Assembly (NCBI GenBank): GCA_028279805.1
Contig: JANQMZ010000007.1
Coordinates: 720,001 to 752,000, forward strand
DNA: 32,000 nucleotides
Direction: 5' to 3'
Source of the DNA: an archaeon
GTDB taxonomy: Archaea; Iainarchaeota; Iainarchaeia; Iainarchaeales; JANQMZ01
Each line of letters opens with the position of its first letter. The stretch's first letter is position 1. The notes beneath the pieces are model-generated. The model had not been told where the DNA came from, did no database searches, and saw only the letters and a list, made by a program, of their open reading frames with translations. This document shows positions 9,809 to 18,351 of this stretch, piece by piece. The translations under genes and the position numbers were made by a program.

Positions 9809-10354
9809 ATGGTTTTGCCTGGGGACTATTTGTCTGCAGAGGAAGAGTTTTCACCCAGTTTTAATACTTTTGAAAGGGATGGTTCAATTTTTTCAGCTGT
9901 AGCCGGTGAACCCAATTTTGACAACAATGAAAGAGAGGTTTCAGTCAAAGCTAAAAAAAGTGCAAGGCTTATCAGTCCAAGGTCAATTGTTTTTGGTGTT
10001 ATTTCAAAAGCGGCTGATGATTATGCTTTGGTGAAAATGTTTTACGCTGAAGAATTTAATGAGGAAAGATTTCTTCCAAGAAGCCACGGGCGTTTGCCAA
10101 TTGCAAATGTTGAAAGGGCTTTTGTTAAAAGTGTTAAAGACAAATTCAGGCAAGGCGACATTATTAAAGCAAAAATTGCTTCAATAAAACCATGGGGAAT
10201 TGATTTAAGAACAAATGAAAGGGAATTAGGAGTAATTAAAGCTTTTTCAGTTGAATCAAGAGAACCATTACATTTAATCGGTAACCAATTAAAATGTTTG
10301 TCAACAGGATTATCTGAACAGAGAAAAATTAGTTCAGATTATTTGTTAAAATAA
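9809..10354 (+). CDS. csl4: Exosome complex RNA-binding subunit Csl4
   Basis: MVLPGDYLSAEEEFSPSFNTFERDGSIFSAVAGE is the typical Csl4 N-terminus, followed by an S1-like domain with KFRQGDIIKAKIASIKPWGIDL. Upstream ORF extension (9641-9808) is an unlikely hydrophobic read-in. Confidence 0.88.
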   Translation: MVLPGDYLSAEEEFSPSFNTFERDGSIFSAVAGEPNFDNNEREVSVKAKKSARLISPRSIVFGVISKAADDYALVKMFYAEEFNEERFLPRSHGRLPIANVERAFVKSVKDKFRQGDIIKAKIASIKPWGIDLRTNERELGVIKAFSVESREPLHLIGNQLKCLSTGLSEQRKISSDYLLK

Positions 10355-10364
10355 AGGTGGTTTA

Positions 10365-10637
10365 ATGGAAATTGAAATTTTAAAAAATGAAAAAGATTTG
10401 CTTGAATTTAAAATTGCGGGAGAAAAACACACTTTTCCTGCTTTGTTAAAAAATCAATTATTAAAAGATTCAAAAGTTGAATTTGCTTCTTACAAATTAA
10501 ATCATCCGATGGATAAAAATTCTTTTTTTATTGTTAAAACAAAAGGAAAAACTCCAAAAAAAGCATTAGAAGATGCTGTTAAAAACTTAAATTCTCTTTT
10601 AACTGATTTGAAAAAAAATTTAAAGAAAGCCGCTTAA
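10365..10637 (+). CDS. rpoL: DNA-directed RNA polymerase subunit L (Rpb11-like)
   Basis: MEIEILKNEKDLLEFKIAGEKHTFPALLKNQLLKDSKVEFASYKLNHPMDKNSFFIVKTKGKTPKKAL; size and motif match RpoL; upstream GGTGGT ribosome-binding site. Confidence 0.9.
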   Translation: MEIEILKNEKDLLEFKIAGEKHTFPALLKNQLLKDSKVEFASYKLNHPMDKNSFFIVKTKGKTPKKALEDAVKNLNSLLTDLKKNLKKAA

Positions 10638-10659
10638 CTTATTTTCAGATTTGATTAAA

Positions 10660-11448
10660 ATGGCTTTAAAAAAATTTTTTTCTCTTCTGAAATGGATTGA
10701 CCCTTTTACTTATGTTGACTTGTGGTTAATGCCAAAAATTAATCCCAATAAAAATGAAACAATTTCATGGATTGTTTATTTGATAAGCGCCTTTGTTTTT
10801 GCATTTGTTTTATACAGTTTAATTGGCCTGCTTTTGTCAACGCCAGCCCCAATGGTTATTGTTGTAAGCAACAGCATGACTCCAGAACTGCACCGGGGTG
10901 ACATTGTAATTGTGCAGGGCGTATCCCCAGAAAATATTTCAGGGGATGAAGTTGAATTAAGCTTTAATTCTCTTCAGGGCATTCCGTCTTCAAATTATTT
11001 GCTAACAATGTGCTCTGAAAAAAATTCACAAAACCTGATTAATTGTAATTCTTTTAAAAACCAGGTTTTGCAAAACAAACAATTTTCAGTTGATTCTTTT
11101 GACACAAGGCAAATTATTTTTTCAGACGGACAGGAGTTAAATTTGAACAAAAAAGGGGATATAATTGTTTATTTTTCTGATTTGCAGCAAAAACCAATTA
11201 TTCACAGAATTGTTGCAAAATTAAAAGTTAAGGACGGTTTTTATGCTTTAACAAAAGGTGATTCTGAATATAATCCTTTGATTGACCAGGAAGCAGGCAT
11301 AACTTCCTCGGCAATAAGACTTGACAGCATTACCGGAAAAGCAGTTGCAAAAATCCCTTTGCTTGGCTTTGTCAAATTAATTATTTTTGACGATTTAACC
11401 TGTTTTGTTTTTGGCCCTCCTTCAGGGCAAAAATGTGTTTTTCCTTAA
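10660..11448 (+). CDS. Archaeal/ER-type signal peptidase I
   Basis: SNSMTPELHRGDIVIV (catalytic Ser box), GDIIVYF...KPIIHRIV (His box) and TKGDSEYNPLID; N-terminal TM segment. Confidence 0.88.
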   Translation: MALKKFFSLLKWIDPFTYVDLWLMPKINPNKNETISWIVYLISAFVFAFVLYSLIGLLLSTPAPMVIVVSNSMTPELHRGDIVIVQGVSPENISGDEVELSFNSLQGIPSSNYLLTMCSEKNSQNLINCNSFKNQVLQNKQFSVDSFDTRQIIFSDGQELNLNKKGDIIVYFSDLQQKPIIHRIVAKLKVKDGFYALTKGDSEYNPLIDQEAGITSSAIRLDSITGKAVAKIPLLGFVKLIIFDDLTCFVFGPPSGQKCVFP

Positions 11449-11481
11449 GGTTTAATATTTGTTTTCATTCATTTTTTGTTA

Positions 11482-11793
11482 ATGTCAGATGAAGATTTTG
11501 CCCAGGAAATAATTTTGGAAAATTTTACAGGCTTGGAAAAAAAAGTTTCAGTTATAGGCGTTTTAAAAGAATTAAACAAAGAATCTTTAAAAGCAAAACT
11601 AACCGGTAAAACCAAATCTTTAAACCTGGAATTTGAAGAAAAAGAACAGTTAAAAAATTTGAAAAATGATGACACTTTAAGGGTTATTGGCGTGCCAAAA
11701 GAATCTTTGTCTTTGAAAGTTGAAACCGTACATGAATTAAAAGATTTTGATTTTCAATTATTTGAAAAAGTGAGAAAAGCAGAGGGAAAATAA
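11482..11793 (+). CDS. Small OB-fold-like protein, possibly related to RPA14/Rpa3
   Basis: About 100 aa protein with pattern KKVSVIGVLKEL...LKNLKNDDTLRVIGVPKESLSLKVETVHELKDFDFQLFEKV, resembling the strand-turn order and DxDLxLYxKV-like end of Rpa3-type OB folds; sits directly upstream of PCNA with overlapping stop/start. Confidence 0.5.
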   Translation: MSDEDFAQEIILENFTGLEKKVSVIGVLKELNKESLKAKLTGKTKSLNLEFEEKEQLKNLKNDDTLRVIGVPKESLSLKVETVHELKDFDFQLFEKVRKAEGK

Positions 11794-12539
11794 TGGAATT
11801 AGTTTTGGAAAACTCAAATGATTTTAAAAAAAGCATTGATTCTATTGCTGTTTTAATAGATGAAGCCGAATTTTTGGTTACACAAAACGGGTTGGAATTA
11901 AAAGCAACTGACCCAAGCCAGATTAGCCTGATTGATTTTAATTTGTCAAAAAAATCGTTTAAAAAGTTTGACTTAAAAGAAGATTTGACAATTGGCCTGG
12001 ATTTGGATTATTTTGGAAAAATTATGTCAAGAGCCAATGCTAGCGATGAACTTGTTTTAAAACTGGATGACCAGAAAACAAATTTGCTTGTTGAATTTAA
12101 GGATTCTTCAATGAGAAGTTTTTCAATTCCTTTGATTGATGTTTCAAAATCCAAAACTCCTGAACCAAAAATTGAATTTGATGCTGCAATTGAATTAAAT
12201 GCAAGCGTTTTACAGGACGCCTTAAAAGACGCTGAACTTATTTCAACACATGTTACTGTTGGTGTTAATGAAAAAGAATTTTTTCTTAAAACAAAGTCAA
12301 GCAGGGGCACTTTGGACAATGTTACAGCTAAAAACAGCAAAAATGTTTCCAAGTTTGATGTTAAAAAACAATGCAAAAGCATGTTTCCTCTTGATTATTT
12401 AAGGGACATGTTCAAAAATGCATCCTCAGATTCAAATGTTTTAATTGAATTGGGGGAAAATGCTCCTGTTCGCATTTCTTATTCAATCGGTTCTGCAAAT
12501 CTGAGTTATTTTTTGGCTCCACGCATTGAAAACGATTAA
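11793..12539 (+). CDS. pcn: DNA polymerase sliding clamp (PCNA), paralog 1
   Basis: GLELKATDPSQISLIDFNL, GLDLDYFGKIMSRA, C-terminal NAPVRISYSIGSANLSYFLAPRI: full-length PCNA architecture. Confidence 0.93.
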   Translation: MELVLENSNDFKKSIDSIAVLIDEAEFLVTQNGLELKATDPSQISLIDFNLSKKSFKKFDLKEDLTIGLDLDYFGKIMSRANASDELVLKLDDQKTNLLVEFKDSSMRSFSIPLIDVSKSKTPEPKIEFDAAIELNASVLQDALKDAELISTHVTVGVNEKEFFLKTKSSRGTLDNVTAKNSKNVSKFDVKKQCKSMFPLDYLRDMFKNASSDSNVLIELGENAPVRISYSIGSANLSYFLAPRIEND

Positions 12540-12565
12540 AAACTCTTGTTAGTTTTATTTTTTTC

Positions 12566-13297
12566 ATGGGGGAAACAATTAAACTCAAAAATGTCAGATT
12601 GATTCAGAGGGCAATCAGGGCTATTGCTGCTTTTGTTCCTGAAGGCAATTTCAGGTTTAATTCTGACGGCATTTCTTTCAGGGCAATGGATCCCAGCCAG
12701 ATTGTAATGGTTAATTATAATATTCCTGTAAAATTTTTTGACAAATTTAATGTTGAACCAAATTTTGTGGGCATTGACTTGGATGAATTTAACAAGGTTA
12801 TGAAACGGGCATTGCCAAACGATTCAATGACTTTGAATTTGAATGATTCAAATGTTTTGGTTGAATTTTCAAATGAAATTAAAAGAACTTTTAACCTGTC
12901 TTTAATAAGTGTTTCAGGTGAAGAACCTGATTTGCCGAAACAGTCTTTTGATGCTAAAATTGAATTAAAAGCCCGGGTTTTACAGGAAGCTTTAAAGGAT
13001 GCCATTTTGTTTGGAAGCAGTGTTATTTTTAATGTTAAAAAAGGCAAATTTTTAATTGAGGCAAAAGGAAGCCAGGGCAACCTCAATTCTGAGGCTTTGC
13101 CCTCCAAAAATGTTAAAATTTCAACAAAAAAAGACATTAAAAGTAAGTATTCGTTAAATTTTTTGGAAAACATTGTAAAAGAAGCTAATCCTGATGAAAA
13201 TATTGTGCTTGAATTAAAAAATGAGTCGCCAATGCGCATTGTTTATCCTATTGACGGCACAAGCATTGAGTTTTATTTAGCTCACATGATTTTATAG
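12566..13297 (+). CDS. pcn: DNA polymerase sliding clamp (PCNA), paralog 2
   Basis: GISFRAMDPSQIVMVNYNIP, GIDLDEFNKVMKRALPND, C-terminal ESPMRIVYPIDGTSIEFYLAHMIL: full-length PCNA architecture, divergent from paralog 1; ends with TAG. Confidence 0.93.
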   Translation: MGETIKLKNVRLIQRAIRAIAAFVPEGNFRFNSDGISFRAMDPSQIVMVNYNIPVKFFDKFNVEPNFVGIDLDEFNKVMKRALPNDSMTLNLNDSNVLVEFSNEIKRTFNLSLISVSGEEPDLPKQSFDAKIELKARVLQEALKDAILFGSSVIFNVKKGKFLIEAKGSQGNLNSEALPSKNVKISTKKDIKSKYSLNFLENIVKEANPDENIVLELKNESPMRIVYPIDGTSIEFYLAHMIL

Positions 13298-13346
13298 GAA
13301 TTTTACTCTAATTCTTTTTTAACGCTTATCATAGCCTAATTATTTT

Positions 13347-14387
13347 ATGTTTTCAGAAACAGAATTAGAATTTGCACAAAAATATCCTTTTTCAAATACA
13401 GCCAAAAAAATAATAAAAAAAGAAGATTTGGACCTGGAAAACTTGCCTGAAAGCATAAAACAGGCCGCCAAAATAAAAATAGGGCATGCTTTTTCCCAGA
13501 CATCTTACACTCCAAAAATTATTGGCCACAAAGATTCTTTAAAAGATGAAATTCTTGCATTTCCGCTGGCAAAAATTTTAATATCATTCATGCCGGATTC
13601 ATTGTTTGACAAATTTGCATCAAGTGTCAGAGAAACAACAAAAAATTATTTACAGGAAGAATCCGTTTCAGGAAAAGAAAAAAAAAGCCTTGAACCATTG
13701 CTTGACCTGGCACAGGATTTAAATTTAAAAGTTTCAATTGAAGATGAAAAAATTTTATCAATAAATGTTACAGATTTTCTTGACTTTGTTCCGGACAAAA
13801 AAGATTTAAAACTTGTAAACCAGCAGGTTGAAAATGGAAAAATTTTTTTAACATTAAACGATTTTATTGATTTTTTGTCAGAAAAATCTTTTCACCTTGT
13901 TTTGGAGTCGTTGCCGGTTGACATAAAACAAATTCCTCTGGAATTAAAAAAATTGTCAAAAGAAATTTATTCAGAATTACAGCCAAAATTTGTCAAAAAA
14001 CATTTTAAAAACACCGGGAAAATCAAGCCGGAATTGTTTCCCGACTGCATGCAAAACATTTATTCACAGTTAATGTCAGGAAAAAATGTTTCACATTTTG
14101 GAAGGTTTGCAATTGCAACTTTTTTGAATCAAATCGGAATGCCTAAAGAAAATATTGTTCAAATGTTTTCAAAAACTCCCAACTGGAATGAGAAAACCAC
14201 GCGTTATCAGGTTGAAATGCTTTCAGGAAAATCCGGAACAGAATATAATGCTCCGGCGTGTGACAAAATGCGTTCAGCCGGTTTTTGCACAAAAACACAT
14301 TGCAATGAAAAACATCCTGTCACATATTATTTTAACCAGCTAAAAAAAACATCAAAAAAAGAGGGTTTTAATGACAAAAGAAGCTGA
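13347..14387 (+). CDS. priL: DNA primase large subunit PriL (Fe-S domain present)
   Basis: C-terminal PDCMQNI...RFAIATFLNQIGMPKENIVQMFSKTPNWNEKTTRYQVEML...YNAPACDKMRSAGFCTKTHCNEKHPVTYYF with four conserved Cys. Confidence 0.93.
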   Translation: MFSETELEFAQKYPFSNTAKKIIKKEDLDLENLPESIKQAAKIKIGHAFSQTSYTPKIIGHKDSLKDEILAFPLAKILISFMPDSLFDKFASSVRETTKNYLQEESVSGKEKKSLEPLLDLAQDLNLKVSIEDEKILSINVTDFLDFVPDKKDLKLVNQQVENGKIFLTLNDFIDFLSEKSFHLVLESLPVDIKQIPLELKKLSKEIYSELQPKFVKKHFKNTGKIKPELFPDCMQNIYSQLMSGKNVSHFGRFAIATFLNQIGMPKENIVQMFSKTPNWNEKTTRYQVEMLSGKSGTEYNAPACDKMRSAGFCTKTHCNEKHPVTYYFNQLKKTSKKEGFNDKRS

Positions 14388-15498
14388 TTTTTTAAAACAA
14401 AAGTTTTCAGAATATTATTCAAAAAATTCTGTAAATTATCCGTCTGAACCTGAAAAAAGAGAATTTGGTGTCGGAGATTTCGGAAAAAAAATTGTTAAAA
14501 GGCACATGAGTTTTTCCTCTTTAAAAAATTTTAACCAGTTTTTACAGACAAAAGCTCCTTTGTATGTTTCAGCTTCAAATGCTTATTATCTGTATCCTGA
14601 CAAAAGGCCGATGGAAGCAAAAGAATTTGTTGGTGCTGATTTAATTTATGAATTTGATGCTGAAAAAGACAAAAACGGATGGATTTCCGCTCAAGCTGTT
14701 GAAGAAACAAAAAAACAAGCATTAAAATTAATTAAAATTCTGGAAAACGAGTTGGGGTTTGAAGAGGGAATTGAAATTAATTTTTCAGGCAATGCAGGTT
14801 ACCATGTTTATGTGCGTTCCGATAAAATTAATGGAATTCCCCAGAAAGGAAGATTGGAAATTGTTGACTATTTAACACTTGAAGGATTTGACCCTGCATT
14901 CAACGGTTTTTTTATGGATAAAAAAATGTTTTATTGTCCAAAAAAAGAAAATGTTAAAGGTTTAACCAGAAGATTTTTGATTTTTTTGCAAAATTTTGTT
15001 GAAGAAAAACCGGTGGATGAAATTGCAGGATTTGGCGGAGTCAGAATTCCAACAATTGAAAAAATTTTTAATGACAGAAAAAAAATAATTGAAAAAATGA
15101 ATTCAGGAATTTTAATGCCTGTGACAAGCAATGCTAAAAGAAACAAAAAATTCTGGACAGCTTTAATTGAACATGCAAAAGATGAATTATCCTTAAACAT
15201 TGACAGGCAGACTTCAATTGATTTAAAAAAAATTGTCCGGGTTCCAAACACTTTGCATGGTTCAACAGGCTTGCTTGCCAAAACATTTTCCCCTGAAAAA
15301 GCCAAAGAATTTGACCCTTTTACCGATTCTGTGGTGTTTTCCGATGCTCCTGTGAACGTTTTGATTAAAAATGTTCCCCAATTTAAATTAAAACAGCAGA
15401 GCTTTGGTCCTTTTAAAAAAGAGGAAAAGGCTTTGCCGGAATTTGCGGCAATATTTTTAATTGCAAAAGGAAAAGCCGAGTTGATTGATAAAAAATGA
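14371..15498 (+). CDS. priS: DNA primase catalytic small subunit PriS
   Basis: Position overlapping priL; INFSGNAGYHVYVRSDKI (SGxxGxH motif) and RQTSIDLKKIVRVPNTLHGSTGLLAK. Catalytic box reads DLIYEFDAEKD rather than the usual FDID. Confidence 0.9.
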   Translation: MTKEADFLKQKFSEYYSKNSVNYPSEPEKREFGVGDFGKKIVKRHMSFSSLKNFNQFLQTKAPLYVSASNAYYLYPDKRPMEAKEFVGADLIYEFDAEKDKNGWISAQAVEETKKQALKLIKILENELGFEEGIEINFSGNAGYHVYVRSDKINGIPQKGRLEIVDYLTLEGFDPAFNGFFMDKKMFYCPKKENVKGLTRRFLIFLQNFVEEKPVDEIAGFGGVRIPTIEKIFNDRKKIIEKMNSGILMPVTSNAKRNKKFWTALIEHAKDELSLNIDRQTSIDLKKIVRVPNTLHGSTGLLAKTFSPEKAKEFDPFTDSVVFSDAPVNVLIKNVPQFKLKQQSFGPFKKEEKALPEFAAIFLIAKGKAELIDKK

Positions 15499-16046
15499 AA
15501 ATAGATTATTCCGAGTTAAGAAAAATTTACAGAATTGAAAAAAATACATCCAAGCTTGTTGATGTGGATGAAAATTTTTTTTCTTCAGCTGAAGAATTTT
15601 TTAAAAAAGAAAAAGAAAAATATCTGGAAAGTTTAAAAGAACCTGATTCATCCAAAACAAGAGATTTTGAAAATTTGCAAAGACTTGTGAAAGATTTGTT
15701 TGATTTAAGAGAAAAAAAACTGTTAAACAAGGCTTTAATTTCTTCACGCACAAATGAAACAAATTTAAACGGATTGTCTTCCGAAGAAAAAAAAACTTTT
15801 GAAAAAATTTCAAATGTTTTGGAAGAGCATAAAAAGTTTTTAGGTGAGCTTTTTGAAAACAACAAAAAATCGGAAAAATCTTTTGAAAAAAAATCAAAAA
15901 CTTTTATTAAAATTGTAAAAGATGTTCCTGCTTTTGTCGGTTCAGACATGAAACAGTACGGACCTTTTGATGAGGGAAAAGAAATTGAACTGGCTGACAA
16001 AACAGCTTCATTACTTTTAAAAAGAGGTTTGGCTGAAAAAATTTAA
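15495..16046 (+). CDS. gins51: GINS complex subunit, Gins51-like (helical A domain then C-terminal B domain)
   Basis: C-terminal KDVPAFVGSDMKQYGPFDEGKEIELADKTASLLLKRGLAEKI is the canonical B domain of archaeal Gins51; adjacent to priS. Confidence 0.88.
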   Translation: MKIDYSELRKIYRIEKNTSKLVDVDENFFSSAEEFFKKEKEKYLESLKEPDSSKTRDFENLQRLVKDLFDLREKKLLNKALISSRTNETNLNGLSSEEKKTFEKISNVLEEHKKFLGELFENNKKSEKSFEKKSKTFIKIVKDVPAFVGSDMKQYGPFDEGKEIELADKTASLLLKRGLAEKI

Positions 16047-16057
16047 AGGTGATTTTT

Positions 16058-16297
16058 ATGAGTGAAAATTTTGCAGGCTATGATTTGAAAAAACTTGTTC
16101 CAAAACCAAAAACCGGTTTTAAAAAAGCAAAATGTTCAAGTTGTGGTAATGCTCAGTTTTTTTTTACAGCATCCGCTTCTAAAACAAAATGCTTAAAATG
16201 CGGCAAGCCTTTTGCCAAAAGCACAGCTTCAAAAACAATGCTTTTGGGAAAATCAAAGCCTGAAACAAAAACTGTTGAAAAAGAAAAAAAAGAATAA
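16058..16297 (+). CDS. rps27e: Ribosomal protein S27e
   Basis: FKKAKCSSCGNAQFFFTASASKTKCLKCGKPFAKSTASKT: CxxC-x(n)-CxxC zinc finger in S27e context; SD-like AAAGGTGAT before ATG 16058. Confidence 0.87.
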   Translation: MSENFAGYDLKKLVPKPKTGFKKAKCSSCGNAQFFFTASASKTKCLKCGKPFAKSTASKTMLLGKSKPETKTVEKEKKE

Positions 16298-16308
16298 GGT
16301 GATTTGAA

Positions 16309-17082
16309 TTGGATGAAAACATGCCTCAGGTCGGAGAAGTTGTTGTTGTACGTGTCACCAAAGTTTTAAATTACGGGGCTTTTTGTGATTTGGCAGAATA
16401 TGATAATGTTGCCGGATTTGTTCACAGTTCACAGGCGGCAAGCAGATGGGTTAAAAATATCAGAAATTTTGTTAAAGAAAACCAGATGCGGGCGGCAAAA
16501 GTTTTAAGCATTAATTCTGAAAAAAAACAGGTTGATTTGTCTTTAAACAGGGTTTCAAGCCAGGCTGAAAAGGAAAGAATTCAGCAATGGAAACAGTTTA
16601 AAAGGCAGAAAAAATTGTTAGAGGTTTTGGCTAAAAGAACAAAAAAATCCTTTGACCTGGTTTGGGATGAAATTGCTGAACCTTTAATTTCAGAATATGG
16701 TTCTTTAAATGATGCTTTTAGGGCTATTTCAATTGAAGGTGAAAAGGCAGCTAAAAACATTAATTCCAAATGGTTAAAGGATTTGATTGCAATTGTTAAG
16801 GAAAATGTTACTGTTCCCCAAAAAACAATTAAAGGCGTTTTATCTTTACAGTCTTTTAAGTCAAATGGCGTTGAAACAGTTAAAAAAGTGTTAAAAGATG
16901 CTTTGACGGCGGGAAAAGAAGCAAAAGTTGAAATTTATTATCTTGGTTCGGGAACTTATATGGTTAAAGTAACAGCATTTGATTATAAGACAAGTGAACG
17001 AATTTTAAAAAATGTGATTGACACTGCCCTTGAAAGCATTAAGGTTTCTGGGGGAAAAGGTTCTTTTGAACGTTCAAATTAA
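16309..17082 (+). CDS. Translation initiation factor aIF2 subunit alpha
   Basis: PQVGEVVVVRVTKVLNYGAFCDLAEYDNVAGFVHSSQAASRWVKNIRNFVKENQMRAAKVLSIN (S1 domain typical of aIF2-alpha). TTG start at 16309 follows AAGGTGAT; ATG 16321 is an alternative. Confidence 0.93.
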   Translation: MDENMPQVGEVVVVRVTKVLNYGAFCDLAEYDNVAGFVHSSQAASRWVKNIRNFVKENQMRAAKVLSINSEKKQVDLSLNRVSSQAEKERIQQWKQFKRQKKLLEVLAKRTKKSFDLVWDEIAEPLISEYGSLNDAFRAISIEGEKAAKNINSKWLKDLIAIVKENVTVPQKTIKGVLSLQSFKSNGVETVKKVLKDALTAGKEAKVEIYYLGSGTYMVKVTAFDYKTSERILKNVIDTALESIKVSGGKGSFERSN

Positions 17083-17188
17083 TGCCCATTCCGGACCTTT
17101 TTAAATTTATTTAAAAAACGTTTAGAGTTTTTTAAAGCTTTAAAATTGCGAAGCATTTTAAATCTATTGAACAAAAAATTGCTTTGCT

Positions 17189-17974
17189 ATGGTTACAAGT
17201 TTTAAGTTTTTGTCAAATGAAAAATATGAAAATGCTGTTTTGCTTGTCGGCCTGCCCGGAATAGGCTTGGTTGGCAAAATTGCTGTTGATTATTTGTTAA
17301 AACATTTAAAGTCCAAAAGAATTGCTGAAATTTTTTCAGATTCTTTTCCTCCAAGTGTTTTTGTTCAGTCAGGAATAATTGATTCAATTAAAAATGATTT
17401 ATTTGTTTTTAAACATAAAAAGAAAACTTTTTTGTTTTTAGCCGGACCGGTGCAGCCTTTTCTGGATCCAAAAACCGGAACATCAAAAGAACATTACGAG
17501 TTTGCTGAAAAAATTGTTTCAACGGTTAAGGATATGGGTGTGAAAGAAATTTACACCCTGGCTGGAATAAATATCGGAAGAAAAAGGCTTGAAACAGAGC
17601 CAAACATTATTGCTGCCGCAACCGACAAAAAAGTTTTACAAAATGTAAAAAAAGCCGGAGCCAAATATTCAAAAGAAGGAAGCCTTATTTCAGGAGCTGC
17701 TGGCTTATTTTTAGGAGAAGCCAAAAAACAAAACATTAAGGGGGCGTGCATAATGGGTGAAACAAATGCAGGCCTGGTTTACGGGGATCATGGTTCTGCT
17801 AAAAAAGTTATTGAGCTTTTGGTAAAACTGTTTGGTTTTAAGATTAGCATGAAAGGAATTGAAAAAGAATCTAAAAAAATAGAAAAATCTTTTGTTCAGT
17901 TAAACAAACAGCTTGAATCAAGGGAAGAAGAAAAAGATACAAAGGGAAAATCAGGCTTAACATATGTACGCTGA
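17189..17974 (+). CDS. PAC2/DUF75-family protein (proteasome assembly chaperone-like)
   Basis: LLVGLPGIGLVGKIAVDYLLKHLKSKRIAEIFSDSFPP...GINIGRKR...KKAGAKYSKEGSLISGAAGLFLGEAKKQNIKGACIMGETNAG. Confidence 0.88.
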   Translation: MVTSFKFLSNEKYENAVLLVGLPGIGLVGKIAVDYLLKHLKSKRIAEIFSDSFPPSVFVQSGIIDSIKNDLFVFKHKKKTFLFLAGPVQPFLDPKTGTSKEHYEFAEKIVSTVKDMGVKEIYTLAGINIGRKRLETEPNIIAAATDKKVLQNVKKAGAKYSKEGSLISGAAGLFLGEAKKQNIKGACIMGETNAGLVYGDHGSAKKVIELLVKLFGFKISMKGIEKESKKIEKSFVQLNKQLESREEEKDTKGKSGLTYVR

Positions 17975-17978
17975 TTGT

Positions 17979-18281
17979 TCAAATTAAGCCAAAAAATCTT
18001 AAAACAAGCATTACCCCTATTCCGGCCAAGCCAAACACAATGCTTATCACAAGGCTTGGGATAAAAGGCAGATTTATTCCGAACAAAAATGTTAAAACAA
18101 GCCAGCTTATCAAGCCCAAAATGGAATTTACAATAATTCTTTTTAATAAAAATATTACAAGCAATGCTGCTACAATTAAAACAATTCCTCCGATTAAAAC
18201 GCTTGGATCTCCGACAAGGCTTGTTACAGCGTTGGCTGTGTTGCCAAAATTAAGATCTGAAGGCAATCCAAGGTAAAACAT
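17979..18281 (-). CDS. BofA-like small integral membrane protein
   Basis: LLKRIIVNSILGLISWLVLTFLFGINLPFIPSLVISIVFGLAGIGVMLVLRFFGLI resembles the pro-sigmaK processing inhibitor BofA family. Confidence 0.7.
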   Translation of the reverse strand: MFYLGLPSDLNFGNTANAVTSLVGDPSVLIGGIVLIVAALLVIFLLKRIIVNSILGLISWLVLTFLFGINLPFIPSLVISIVFGLAGIGVMLVLRFFGLI

Positions 18282-18351
18282 TTAAATTATAATGAAAGCA
18301 ACATCTAAAAATAGTTACTGGTTTTATTATTACAGGCAAAAGAGTGTTTTT

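Noticed and set aside
12008-13239. Minus-strand ORFs 12008-12382 and 12715-13239 opposite the PCNA genes
   Set aside because: Shadow ORFs with Ser/Phe-rich composition; both PCNA genes are well supported.
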